From assembly GCA_963748625.1 (NCBI GenBank), contig CAVVJT010000006.1, positions 1 to 64,000 on the forward strand: DNA of 64,000 nucleotides, in the 5' to 3' direction. The translations under genes and the position numbers were made by a program. The notes under the pieces are model-generated. The model did no database searches. It saw nothing but the letters and a program-made list of their open reading frames with translations, and was not told the origin of the DNA. This DNA comes from an uncultured Chloroflexia bacterium. GTDB taxonomy: Bacteria > Chloroflexota > Limnocylindria > Limnocylindrales > CSP1-4. Below are positions 20,478-30,412 of the stretch, one piece after another; position 1 is the first letter of the stretch; each line of letters starts with the position of its first letter.

Positions 20478-21773
20478 ATGGAAGCCAGAGTCCTCCCGCT
20501 GCCCAACCCCTCCGCCGCTCCCCTGCGGTCCATCGCCGGCCCGGCCTCCGTGCGCGTCGACGGCGAGCGCATCGTGGTCGAGCGGCTGGTCCTGGTGGAC
20601 GGTGCGCTCGCCGCCGCCCTCGCGGAGCGCGACGAGGCGGAGCGCCCCGCCCTCGTGGAGCGCGCGCTGCGCATCGGCCTGCTTGCCCTCCATGACGCGG
20701 CCACGTCGATGGACACGGACGTTGTCCGCCGCGAGTTCGAGAAGCTCGTCGCCCAGACGACGGCCGCCAATGAACAGGCGGCGCGAGCCGTGGAGGACGT
20801 CCTGCGCGCGAACTTCGCGGACGGTGACGGCCGGCTGCCCCGCACGCTCGAGCGGTTCCTGGGGGACCGTGGCGCACTGCAGAAGTTCGTCACCGAGCTG
20901 TTCGACGAGACCAAGCGGGACTCCGCCATCGGGCGCATCCGCGTCCTCCTGGGCACCTACTTCGACGGTGACGCCTCGCGGCTGGCGGTACTCCTGGATC
21001 CGACGCGGCTCGGCTCCCCGCTCCACCAGTTCCGCCAGGAGATCAACGAGGGGTTCAAGGGCGTCCACGAGCGGCTCACGGCCATCGAGGCGGCGAGCCG
21101 GGCCCGTGCCGACGAGCGGTCGCGGTCCGCGGCCAAGGGCGGGGACTTCGAGGACCTCCTTGAGGGGATGCTCGGCGAGCTGGCCCGCGGCGCAGGAGAC
21201 CTCCTGGACCGGACAGGGACGGAGTCCGGGGCGCTCGTCGGCTCCAAGAAGGGCGACTTCGTCCTCACCCTGGACCCGCGGCTGACCCATGGCGCGGACG
21301 TCCGCATCGTGATCGAGGCGAAGGACCGGGTGATGTCACCGCGTGCCATGCGCGAGGAGCTGCGGGAGGCCCGCGAGAACCGTGGCGCGTCCGTCGCAGT
21401 CGCGGCCTGGAGCGCGAAGCACGCGCCCACCGGTGTGGCGCCGTTCACCGTCAGCGGCGAGGACGTCCACGTCGTGGTGGACCCGGACGCCCCGGACCTG
21501 GCGTACCTCGAGGCCGCGGTGCGACTCGCTCGTCTCCTGGCCCTCGTCAAGCTCGGGGAGCGCGATGTCGAGGTGGATGCCCGGGCCATCGGGCGGGCGC
21601 TGGCCGGCGTCAAGGAGCAGCTCGAGGCCATCCGTTCACTCAAGACCCAGCTGACGTCGGTTGCCAACGTGACCAGGTCCGTTGCCGACGGTCTGGACGC
21701 GATGCGCGCGGGGATCCTGGCCCGGGTGAGTGAGGCCGAGGCGGAGCTCAGGGTGGTCAAGGACGCCGCCTGA
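20478..21773 (+). CDS. Coiled-coil protein with a C-terminal PD-(D/E)XK nuclease-like domain (RmuC/DUF2130-like)
   Basis: Helical N-terminal half; KGGDFE...KGDFVL...IVIEAKD motifs; helical C-terminal tail. Confidence 0.65.
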   Translation: MEARVLPLPNPSAAPLRSIAGPASVRVDGERIVVERLVLVDGALAAALAERDEAERPALVERALRIGLLALHDAATSMDTDVVRREFEKLVAQTTAANEQAARAVEDVLRANFADGDGRLPRTLERFLGDRGALQKFVTELFDETKRDSAIGRIRVLLGTYFDGDASRLAVLLDPTRLGSPLHQFRQEINEGFKGVHERLTAIEAASRARADERSRSAAKGGDFEDLLEGMLGELARGAGDLLDRTGTESGALVGSKKGDFVLTLDPRLTHGADVRIVIEAKDRVMSPRAMREELREARENRGASVAVAAWSAKHAPTGVAPFTVSGEDVHVVVDPDAPDLAYLEAAVRLARLLALVKLGERDVEVDARAIGRALAGVKEQLEAIRSLKTQLTSVANVTRSVADGLDAMRAGILARVSEAEAELRVVKDAA

Positions 21774-21977
21774 CAGAGGGCGACCTCCGCTCGGAAGCCC
21801 GCTTCCCGGGCACGAAACGGCTGCACGGCATTCGTACTGCGCTCGACGTCCACCCGGGACTGGTGCCCGACAGGACCAGTGGGCCATACTCACCGGGTCC
21901 ACGGGGAGCGACCCTGTGTGGCAGCCCGGGAGATGCATCGCGCTCCCGGGGTCGGCCACAGCGCACTCGGAGGCCTC

Positions 21978-24311
21978 ATGCGAAGCGCCACCCGCCTGGT
22001 CGCCGTCACCCTCCTGTTCGTGACGGCCGTGGGCAGCATCGCACCCCAGCCCGCGGCCGCCGTCTCGCAGCACCCGGCACCCGTGATCGCTGGCGAGGCC
22101 GATGCCCAGGCGCCGCTCTCCGCGGCGGGCCGGTACATCGTCATCCTCAAGGACGGCAAGAGTGTGGACGCGGCCACCAGCCGTGCCGGCAAGAGCGTGG
22201 ACGCGGCCAGCAGCAATGCCGGCAAGCACGGGGTCAAGGCCGACAAGACCTTCCGCCACGTGGTCCGCGGCTATGCGGCGCGCCTCGCGGCCGACCAGCT
22301 CGCGGCGCTGCGGAGCGATCCTGATGTCCAGGCCGTCATTCCCGACGAGGTGATCTCGATGGCCGGCCAGTCCATCCCCGCAGGAGTCCGCCGCGTCAAC
22401 GGCCGCGAGAGCCTGATCGCAGACATCAACGGTGACGGATCCCAGGTGGACGCCGATGTTGCGATCGTGGACACGGGGATCGGCGGCAAGGACTCACGGC
22501 GGCACGAAGACCTCAACATCGCGGGTGGTATCAGCTGCGCCACCACCAATCCCGCGAGCTGGGGCGATGCCAACGGCCACGGCACGCACGTGGCCGGCAC
22601 GGTGGGTGCCCTCGACAACGGCATCGGCGTCGTCGGGGTCGCTCCGGGCGTGCGTCTGTGGTCGGTCAGGATCCTCGACTCGGCGGGCAACGGGCTGATC
22701 AGCTGGTACGTCTGTGGTCTGGACTGGATCACCGCGCAACGTGACCCACTCGACCCGAGCCGCCCCCTGTTCGAGGCCGTGAACATGTCGGTCGCGAAGA
22801 AGGGCACCGATGACCAGGCCTGCGGTCTGGTCAACAACGACCTGATCCACCAGGCCGTCTGCCGGCTGGTGGCCTCGGGTGTCACGGTGGTTGCCGCAGC
22901 GGGCAACAACGGCTTCAACGCCGCGAACCTCAAGCCGGCCAGCTACAACGAGGTCATCACGGTCTCGGCCCTGGCTGACTCGGACGGGAAGGCCGGGGGC
23001 ATCGGAGGGGCGCTCTGCTACTCGTGGGGCACCTACGACAGGGACGACACCTTCGCGGACTTCTCCAACTACGGAGCGGACGTGGACCTCATCGCGCCCG
23101 GCAAGTGCATCTGGTCCACCCTGCCGGGTAACCGCTATGGCTACGTGTCCGGGACGTCCATGGCTGCCCCACACGTCACCGGCGCGGCCGCGCTGTACAA
23201 GTCGTCGCGCCCGCTCGCGACGCCCGTGGAAGTCCGCGCGGCACTCCGTGCAGCCGGGACCCTCGACTGGAATACCGCGACGGACCCGGACTCGATCCAT
23301 GAGCCGCTACTGGACGTCTCGCACCTGGTCGCCCTCGGCGACTTCACCCTGGACGCGACGCCCGGGACCTCGCGCTCCGCGCTCGTCGGCGCGGCCGGTG
23401 CGTCACTGGAGCTCCCGGTCTCGCTCGTCCGCGCCGAGGACTTCTCGTCCGCGGTGCATCTCACCGTCACCGCGAAGGCACCGCTCAAGGCGACCCTCGG
23501 TTCCGAGACGCTGGCCGGGCAGGACCAGGTGGCCGCCACGCTGCGGGTCGCGGTTCCGGCCGGCACCCCCGGCGGGACATACGCGGTCAGCGTCACAGCC
23601 GATGATGGGACTCGCCAGCGGGGATCCACGTTCCCCGTGGTCGTGGACAGCGCCCCTCCGAGTGCGACGGCCCCGGTCCTCGCCCTGCGCCCGGGGTCCA
23701 GCCTGGGCGCCGGCCTGAACTCGGTCGGCACGTGGGCCGCGGCGTCGGACGCGGCGGGCACCGTCGCCCGCTACGAGGTCCGCTGGCGCGTGGACGGCAC
23801 CCTCGGCGGCCCCGCGACGCTGTCCGCTACGGCGCGCCAGACGAGCCGCAGGATGAAGCCCGGTCACACCTACGCCGCTCGCCTGCGCGCGCGGGACGCC
23901 GCGGGCAACTGGAGCCCATGGGTGGAGAGCGCGGCGTTCGCACCCGTCCTGTCCCAGGACACCAGCCCGACCCTCGCACGGTCGGGCGCCTGGACGCGCT
24001 ACTACCGGTCGTGGATGTCCGGCGGCACGTCACTCTCCTCGCGCACCCGGAGCGCCTGGGTCACACGCTCGTTCACGGGCCGTGCGATCGCGCTCGTCGG
24101 GTCGAAGAGCCCCAGGCGCGGCAAGGCGAGGGTCTACCTCGATGGCGCGCTGGCGGCGACGGTCGACTTCCGCCGATCCTCCGCCGCCCATCGCCAGGTC
24201 GTGTTCACGCGCTCCTGGGCGACGGCCCGACCGCACACCCTCAAGATCGTGGTCCTCGGCACGTCCGGCCGGCCGCGGGTGGACTTGGACGCCTTCGTCA
24301 TCGTCCCGTAG
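21978..24311 (+). CDS. Secreted S8 subtilisin-like serine protease with an I9 propeptide and C-terminal beta-sandwich domains
   Basis: VAIVDTG, HGTHVAG, AAAGN, SGTSMAAPHVTG; FN3-like ARDAAGNWS and a C-terminal DLDAF module. Confidence 0.93.
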   Translation: MRSATRLVAVTLLFVTAVGSIAPQPAAAVSQHPAPVIAGEADAQAPLSAAGRYIVILKDGKSVDAATSRAGKSVDAASSNAGKHGVKADKTFRHVVRGYAARLAADQLAALRSDPDVQAVIPDEVISMAGQSIPAGVRRVNGRESLIADINGDGSQVDADVAIVDTGIGGKDSRRHEDLNIAGGISCATTNPASWGDANGHGTHVAGTVGALDNGIGVVGVAPGVRLWSVRILDSAGNGLISWYVCGLDWITAQRDPLDPSRPLFEAVNMSVAKKGTDDQACGLVNNDLIHQAVCRLVASGVTVVAAAGNNGFNAANLKPASYNEVITVSALADSDGKAGGIGGALCYSWGTYDRDDTFADFSNYGADVDLIAPGKCIWSTLPGNRYGYVSGTSMAAPHVTGAAALYKSSRPLATPVEVRAALRAAGTLDWNTATDPDSIHEPLLDVSHLVALGDFTLDATPGTSRSALVGAAGASLELPVSLVRAEDFSSAVHLTVTAKAPLKATLGSETLAGQDQVAATLRVAVPAGTPGGTYAVSVTADDGTRQRGSTFPVVVDSAPPSATAPVLALRPGSSLGAGLNSVGTWAAASDAAGTVARYEVRWRVDGTLGGPATLSATARQTSRRMKPGHTYAARLRARDAAGNWSPWVESAAFAPVLSQDTSPTLARSGAWTRYYRSWMSGGTSLSSRTRSAWVTRSFTGRAIALVGSKSPRRGKARVYLDGALAATVDFRRSSAAHRQVVFTRSWATARPHTLKIVVLGTSGRPRVDLDAFVIVP
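22155..22226 (+). repeat. In-frame 33-bp tandem duplication in the S8 propeptide
   Basis: ggcaagagtgtggacgcggccaccagccgtgcc / ggcaagagcgtggacgcggccagcagcaatgcc (GKSVDAATSRA / GKSVDAASSNA). Confidence 0.8.
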
Positions 24312-24456
24312 GAGCCACGCGCGAGTGGTCCGCAGCGCACGATCGCCCCCGCCACGGGACCTCTTGCCGTCGAGTGGTAGAGTCACCGTCCCGGTCCGGC
24401 CGGGCGGGTTCGGGACCCGTCCGAAACCCGGTGCCGCGTCCTGACGGAGCATCCTC

Positions 24457-25404
24457 GTGGCACGCTCGATGTGGAAAGGGGCCATCCAGTTCGGCCTCGT
24501 CACCATCCCCGTGAAGCTCTACACCGCGACCGAGTCCGACTACGCGATCCGCTTCAACATGCTCCACGAGAGCGACCTCTCGCGGATCCAGATGAAGGTC
24601 TGGTGTCCCGAGGACGAGAAGGTCATCTCGCGCGGTGAGACCGTGAAGGGTTACGAGTACGCGCCCGACCAGTACGTGGTGATCACGGACGAGGACCTGG
24701 ACAAGGTCCCGCTCAAGACCGTCCGGTCCATCGAGATCGAGCAGTTCGCGCCGCGTGACGACACCACTCGCCAGCACGCGCAGTTCACCAGGCAGGCGTA
24801 CTACATCGAGCCCGACAAGATTGGCCGCAAGGCGTTCTACCTCCTGCGCCAGGTGCTCGAGGACAAGGGGCTCACGGCGATCTGCAAGGTCGTGATCCGC
24901 GATCGCGAAGCGCTGGCGGCGCTGGACCCGTTCGAGGACACGATGCTCCTGACCACGCTCCACTGGCCGGACGAGATCCGGTCCACGAAGGAGCTTGACC
25001 TGCCGGCCGAGGAGTTCGCGTTCAAGCCGGCGGAGCTGCGGATGGCCGAGCAGCTGGTCGAGGCGATGACCGAGGAGTTCGACCCGGCCAAGTACCGCGA
25101 CGAGTACCGCGAGGCGCTCCTCTCGGTCATCCAGGCCAAGGTGGACGGCGTGGAGGTCGCGCAGCCCGAGCCGGTCGCGGAGGGCGCCAACCTCGTGGAC
25201 CTCATGAAGCTGCTCCAGGCGAGCGTCAAGGCGGCCACGGACGAGCGGGCGAAGGGCAACCCGGCCCCGGTGTCGGTCGCGGACGCGAAGAAGCAGCGTG
25301 CGGCGCGCCCCGCGGGGGCCACGGCGAGTGTGCCCGCCGTCGACGAAGCCGCGGACGTGGCCGACGGCGAGGCGCGACCGGCGCGGCGCCGCAAGAGCGC
25401 CTGA
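24457..25404 (+). CDS. ku: Non-homologous end joining protein Ku
   Basis: RSMWKGAIQFGLVTIPVKLY, VKGYEY, LHWPDEIR, YRDEYRE, DLMKLLQASV and a basic tail. Confidence 0.96.
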   Translation: MARSMWKGAIQFGLVTIPVKLYTATESDYAIRFNMLHESDLSRIQMKVWCPEDEKVISRGETVKGYEYAPDQYVVITDEDLDKVPLKTVRSIEIEQFAPRDDTTRQHAQFTRQAYYIEPDKIGRKAFYLLRQVLEDKGLTAICKVVIRDREALAALDPFEDTMLLTTLHWPDEIRSTKELDLPAEEFAFKPAELRMAEQLVEAMTEEFDPAKYRDEYREALLSVIQAKVDGVEVAQPEPVAEGANLVDLMKLLQASVKAATDERAKGNPAPVSVADAKKQRAARPAGATASVPAVDEAADVADGEARPARRRKSA

Positions 25405-25496
25405 GCCCGACGGCGCACGCAGACGGGTCATCCGTCCCCCGGCGGCATACTGGGAGGCCCGCTCACAGCCCGAATCCGGAGGTCGTCGCCCAGGCC

Positions 25497-26435
25497 ATGC
25501 GCAACCCGCCGCTGCCCTGGCCCTCGCTGGGCCTGAACCTGCCCTACGTCGAGGGGTCGATGGATGGAGCGACGCCCCGCTGGACGGATATCGCGGCGAT
25601 GGCGCGGGCCGCAGAGGACGTCGGGTTCGACGCCGTCTGGGTCTCGGACCACGTGGGGTTCGGCGATCCCGGGACGGGCTGGAGCGGCGCCTGGGAGTCC
25701 TGGACGCTACTCTCCGCGCTCGCCGTGGCGACCGGGCGCGTACGCCTGGGCAGCTACGTGACCGCCATTCCGTACCGCAACCCGGCGCTGCTCGCGAAGA
25801 TGGCCGAGACGCTGGACGAGGTCTCGGGTGGGCGCGTGATCCTCGCCCTCGGGGCCGGCTGGAACGAGCCCGAGTTCGCGGCGTTCGGCTTCCCCTGGGA
25901 GCGGCGCTTCGACCGGTTCGAGGATGGGCTGCGGATCATCACGTCCATGCTCCGGACGGGGCGTGCGGACCACGAGGGACGGGTCGACTCGGCGCGCGGG
26001 GCCCTGGTCCGACCGCGCGGTCCGCGCCCGGACGGCCTGCCCGTGATGGTGGGCGCCGCGGCGCCCCGGATGCTCCGCCTGGCCGCCGAGCTCGCGGACG
26101 AGTGGAACGCAGGGATGCGCACGCCGGCGGGGCTGGCGCCGATGCTGGCCGCGCTCGGGGCCGCCTGCGAGGACGTGGGCCGCGACCCCGCGACGATCCG
26201 CCGCTCGGCCGAGGCCATGGTGGAGATCGGGTCGACGGCCGGCCCGGACGACGAGCTCGACGCGCGCGGCTCCTGGGACGACCCGCTCCGGGGCTCACCG
26301 TCGGAGATCGCCGCGGGGCTGCGCAGGTATCGCGACCTGGGCATCGACCACGTCCAGGTCCAGCTGCGCCCGAACCGGATCGTGAGCGTCCGGGCGTTCG
26401 CCCCGGTGATCGAGGCGCTGCGGGCACTGACCTGA
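25497..26435 (+). CDS. LLM-class (luciferase-like) flavin-dependent oxidoreductase
   Basis: GFDAVWVSDH, RNPALLAKMAETLDEVSGGR, LGAGW, ADEWN. Confidence 0.9.
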   Translation: MRNPPLPWPSLGLNLPYVEGSMDGATPRWTDIAAMARAAEDVGFDAVWVSDHVGFGDPGTGWSGAWESWTLLSALAVATGRVRLGSYVTAIPYRNPALLAKMAETLDEVSGGRVILALGAGWNEPEFAAFGFPWERRFDRFEDGLRIITSMLRTGRADHEGRVDSARGALVRPRGPRPDGLPVMVGAAAPRMLRLAAELADEWNAGMRTPAGLAPMLAALGAACEDVGRDPATIRRSAEAMVEIGSTAGPDDELDARGSWDDPLRGSPSEIAAGLRRYRDLGIDHVQVQLRPNRIVSVRAFAPVIEALRALT

Positions 26436-26480
26436 CCTCCGGTCCGCGATGCTCGGCCGGCGGCGCGGCATACTCGCGCC

Positions 26481-29216
26481 ATGCCGCTCGACGAGTACCG
26501 CCGCAAGCGCGACTTCGCGAAGACCCCGGAGCCCGCTCCGGGCGGGGTCGCCACGGGTGAGTCTTCCGGGCCCGCCGCCACGTCCCGCCGGTTCGTCGTC
26601 CAGCGGCACCGGGCCACGCGCCTCCACTACGACGTCCGCCTCGAGATCGACGGCGTCCTCGTCTCGTGGGCCGTGCCCAAGGGCCCCACACTGGACCCCG
26701 ATGCCCGCCGGATGGCCGTCCACGTCGAGGACCACCCGATCGAGTACTTCGACTTCGAGGGCGTGATCCCGGCCCGGCAGTACGGAGCCGGGGACGTCAT
26801 CGTCTGGGACTGGGGTACCTGGGAGCCGGAGAAGGAGACGCCGAACCCGGCGACGGCCATCGAGCAGGGCGAGCTCAAGTTCCGTGCCCGCGGTCACAAG
26901 ATGAACGGCCGCTTCACGATCGTCCGCACGAGCCGCCGACCCGGCACCGCGCCCCGCACCGCCTTCGAGGATGACGAGGGCGAGCAGTGGCTCCTGATCA
27001 AGAAGCGCGACGAGCACGCCGCGGCTGGCTGGGACGCCGAGGACCATCCGCAGAGCGTCAGATCCGGCCGCACCAACGACGAGGTCAAGGCGAACGCCCC
27101 GGCGATGTGGATGAGCGAGGCCCCGGCGGCCACGGCAGAGATCGACCTCTCCGGCGCCCGGGAGGCGCCGATCCCACGCTACCTCGAGCCGATGAAGGCA
27201 ACCCTGGCTACGAAGCCGTTCCGTGACGAGGACTGGCTGTTCGAGGTCAAGTGGGACGGCTACCGCGTGGAGGCCGTGGTCCGCGACGGGAAGGTCTCGC
27301 TGTTCACGCGCAACGGCCACGATGCCGAGGCCTACTTCCCGCGTCTGCTGACCCCGCCGACGTGGATCGAGGCGCGCGAGGCCATCGTGGACGGCGAGGT
27401 GGTCGCGCTCGACACATCCGGCCGGCCGGACTTCGGGCTGCTCCAGGAGCGACTCGGGGCGGGGCGTGGCGTAGCACCGGTGCCGCTGGTGTTCCAGGCG
27501 TTCGACCTGCTCTACCTCGACGGGCGCTCGTTGCTGGACGTGCCCCTCGAGCAGCGCAAGAAGCTCCTCGAGCTGGTGATCCGGCCGTCGGCTCGCGTCC
27601 AGGTGGCGCCGGCGATCGAGACCGAGGGGATCGCGTTCTTCGAGGCGGTGAAGTCCCAGGCACTCGAGGGCATCGTAGCCAAGCACCGCCGGTCCCGCTA
27701 TGAGCCCGGCCGGCGCGCCTCGACCTGGCTCAAGATCAAGGCCCGGCCGGAACAGGAGCTGGTCGTCGGCGGCTGGACGCCGGGCGAGGGGACGGCGAAG
27801 GAGCTCGGCGCCCTCGTGGTGGGGGTGTATGACGGCGAGCGGCTGCGGTTCGCCGGCAAGGTGGGCTCGGGGTTCGACGGGCGGACGCGCAAGGACCTGC
27901 TGGCGCGGCTGGAGGCGCTGGAGGCCGAGGCCCCGGCATTTGACCCCGCGCCGCCGTCTGGCTACAAGGGCCGCTGGGGCGGCGATCTGGCCGGCGTGCG
28001 CTGGATCCGTCCGGAGCTGGTCATCCGGGCGGAGATCGGCGGCTGGTCCCGTGACGCGCACGTCCGTCATGCCGCCTACAGGGGGCTGGAGCCCGGCCGC
28101 GATCCGCGGGAGGTCGTGCGCGAGCTCGCCGTCGACCCGACGAAGGCCGAGCACGATGTCGGGGCGATCGTCGTGCCGGCGACAGCGGTCGCGCCCGTGA
28201 CGTCCGCGCCTCCGCTAACGGCGCCCGTGGCGCGTGACGTTGATCCGGCGTGGCTCGTCTCCGAGGCGGAGATGGACGCACTGAGCCGCCTCAAGGCGGA
28301 CGGCACCTGGCACGCCGCAGGCCAGGACTTGCGGCTCACGAATCTCGACAAGGTCCTCTTCCCGCCGCGTGACGGCGTGGACGAGGCGGCGGTGACCAAG
28401 CGCGAGCTCATCGCCTACTTCGCGCGCATCGCACCCGTGATGCTCCCGCACCTGGCGGATCGCCCGCTCAACCTGCAGCGCTTCCCCAACGGGTCGGGTG
28501 CACCGGGCTTCTGGCAGAAGGACATCCCATCCTCGGCCCCGCGCTGGCTCACCATCTGGCGCGAGACCGGCTTCCGCGAACGCGAGGACCGGGCCCCGAA
28601 CGACCACCTCGTCGCGGACAGGGCGGCCACCCTGTGCTGGCTGGGCAACCAGGCGGCCTTCGAGATCCACGCCTGGACGTCGGTGCTGCACGACCCATGG
28701 ACGCCCACCTTCGCGCTCATCGACATCGACCCCGGGACGAACACCACGTGGGCGGAGACCCTCGCCCTGGCGCGCCTGTTCCGCACCGCCCTCGAGCACC
28801 TGGGCGTCCGTGCCTATCCCAAGCTCACCGGCAGTCGCGGTCTCCAGGCCTGGATCCCCGTCGAACGCGGCCGCTACACCTTTGCCGAGACCAGTGCCTG
28901 GATCGAGACGCTCTCCCGGGCGATCGGGGCGACGGTGCCCGACCTCGTCTCGTGGGAGTGGGCGAAGGCAGATCGCGGTGGCAGGGCGCGCCTGGACTAC
29001 ACCCAGAACGCGCCGATCAAGACGCTGGTCGCCCCGTATGCCGTCCGCCCACGCCCGGGCGCGCCCGTATCCGCGCCGATCCGGTGGGAGGAGCTGGACG
29101 AGCCGGACCTGGCACCGGATCGCTGGACCGTGCGCACCGTCGGAGAACGGGTGGCGGCCATCGGCGACCCGTGGGCGGAGCTCCAGGCCGACCACCAGGC
29201 GCTGCCGCCCCTGTAG
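26481..29216 (+). CDS. ligD: DNA ligase D (phosphoesterase - ATP-dependent ligase - primase/polymerase)
   Basis: PE domain HYDVRLE..SWAVPKGP; ligase EVKWDGYR, EGIVAK, WLKIK; polymerase LTNLDKV, RFPNG, IDIDPG, DYTQN. Confidence 0.96.
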   Translation: MPLDEYRRKRDFAKTPEPAPGGVATGESSGPAATSRRFVVQRHRATRLHYDVRLEIDGVLVSWAVPKGPTLDPDARRMAVHVEDHPIEYFDFEGVIPARQYGAGDVIVWDWGTWEPEKETPNPATAIEQGELKFRARGHKMNGRFTIVRTSRRPGTAPRTAFEDDEGEQWLLIKKRDEHAAAGWDAEDHPQSVRSGRTNDEVKANAPAMWMSEAPAATAEIDLSGAREAPIPRYLEPMKATLATKPFRDEDWLFEVKWDGYRVEAVVRDGKVSLFTRNGHDAEAYFPRLLTPPTWIEAREAIVDGEVVALDTSGRPDFGLLQERLGAGRGVAPVPLVFQAFDLLYLDGRSLLDVPLEQRKKLLELVIRPSARVQVAPAIETEGIAFFEAVKSQALEGIVAKHRRSRYEPGRRASTWLKIKARPEQELVVGGWTPGEGTAKELGALVVGVYDGERLRFAGKVGSGFDGRTRKDLLARLEALEAEAPAFDPAPPSGYKGRWGGDLAGVRWIRPELVIRAEIGGWSRDAHVRHAAYRGLEPGRDPREVVRELAVDPTKAEHDVGAIVVPATAVAPVTSAPPLTAPVARDVDPAWLVSEAEMDALSRLKADGTWHAAGQDLRLTNLDKVLFPPRDGVDEAAVTKRELIAYFARIAPVMLPHLADRPLNLQRFPNGSGAPGFWQKDIPSSAPRWLTIWRETGFREREDRAPNDHLVADRAATLCWLGNQAAFEIHAWTSVLHDPWTPTFALIDIDPGTNTTWAETLALARLFRTALEHLGVRAYPKLTGSRGLQAWIPVERGRYTFAETSAWIETLSRAIGATVPDLVSWEWAKADRGGRARLDYTQNAPIKTLVAPYAVRPRPGAPVSAPIRWEELDEPDLAPDRWTVRTVGERVAAIGDPWAELQADHQALPPL

Positions 29217-29289
29217 GTGGACCTCGTTCCGCCCGGCATGCCCCCATCGGGCCCTTGCCCGCCCGCCCGGCTTGGCGCAGGATCGCGAC

Positions 29290-29661
29290 GTGACACCGAT
29301 CGCCACGCCCGACGAGCTCAACACCGGCCCCGAGGTGGTGATCCCGATCGTGCTCGCGGCGATCCTGATCGTCGTCCTCGCCGCGATCTTCCGGCGCTTC
29401 CTCATGACCGCGGTCGACGAGCTCGCCGACCTGTGGCGCACGTACGGCCTGGTTGCCGTCACCAGGGCAATGGACCGGCGCCCCGGCCTGCCGGAGACGC
29501 CCTGGTTCTGTGCCACTTGCGCCTCGTACAACGGGCTCGCGGCGCGCCGCTGTTACCGGTGCGACGGCCCGCGCGAGGCGTGCGAGGCCCCGGTCCCTGA
29601 CGCGGACACGCCGGCGGGTGCCAGCGCGGGGCTGAGCCAGCGGACCCGCCGCAGCGGTTGA
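29290..29661 (+). CDS. Small single-pass membrane protein with a RanBP2-type zinc finger
   Basis: GTG at 29290; TM segment VVIPIVLAAILIVVLAAIF; WFCATCASYNGLAARRCYRC matches W-x-C-x2-C-x3-N-x6-C-x2-C. Confidence 0.72.
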   Translation: MTPIATPDELNTGPEVVIPIVLAAILIVVLAAIFRRFLMTAVDELADLWRTYGLVAVTRAMDRRPGLPETPWFCATCASYNGLAARRCYRCDGPREACEAPVPDADTPAGASAGLSQRTRRSG

Positions 29662-30381
29662 CTAGCGCCAGGCGCGCACACTCGTCGCGGGCGGGTAGGG
29701 CTGCCGGAAGAACCCCAGCAGCGGCTCGCCGGTGGTCTGGGTCATGGTGATCCGGTCTCGCCACGGCACTCCGGGCGCGTCCGCGAGCGCCACCCGCAGC
29801 TCGACGTCGTCGCGGCCGGGATGGTTCGGATCGTAGACGCGCAGAGCGATGCGTCCCTGGACGGCCTCCCAGCCCCACGCCAGCACCTGGTGGTTCTGCG
29901 TCAGCCTCCAGGGCGAGGTGCCGGTCGCCCGGATGAGGCCAACGACGGACGGGTGGCCCGCGTCGATGTCTGCGCGGATGCGGGGCCACTCGCGCAGGAT
30001 GGCCTCGACGCGGGGCGGCTCGCGACGCAGATACAGGGCGACGCCCGCCGGCGGGTCCGGACGCAAGGCCTGGAGATCCAGGTAGCGCAGCGGGACCCGC
30101 ATCCAGTCGAGCGACTGCACCTGGCGGCGCACGAGGGCGCGGAAGCGCGGCGAGCCGTTCTCGGGCGGCGTCCGCTGGTCGCCGGGGGCGACGAGGCCCG
30201 CCTCGTGGATGTCGCGGGCCGTGAGGGCCATCCCGCCGCACAGCCCGGCGGACGCGTCACCGAATCCGAGCATCCGCGAGTCGAACGGCCCGAGACGGAA
30301 CGTGGGACCCGGGGGGAACGCGTTGGCGAAGGCGAGCCCGTGGACGGAGGGCAGGAAGCCGGGGACGAAGTTGGTGGTCAC
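29662..30381 (-). CDS. Hypothetical protein, putative papain-fold cysteine peptidase
   Basis: GLCGGM (Cys), HQVLAWG (His), VYDPN (Asp) in the Cys-His-Asp order of C39/papain-like enzymes. Confidence 0.62.
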   Translation of the reverse strand: MTTNFVPGFLPSVHGLAFANAFPPGPTFRLGPFDSRMLGFGDASAGLCGGMALTARDIHEAGLVAPGDQRTPPENGSPRFRALVRRQVQSLDWMRVPLRYLDLQALRPDPPAGVALYLRREPPRVEAILREWPRIRADIDAGHPSVVGLIRATGTSPWRLTQNHQVLAWGWEAVQGRIALRVYDPNHPGRDDVELRVALADAPGVPWRDRITMTQTTGEPLLGFFRQPYPPATSVRAWR

Positions 30382-30412
30382 GCGTCCGGGCCTTGCGTCG
30401 TGCCGCCCGGCG

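Noticed and set aside
24312-24456. SOS box upstream of ku or ligD
   Set aside because: No GAAC-N4-GTTC-like site was found; there is only a -10 (TAGAGT) and a GC-rich hairpin.
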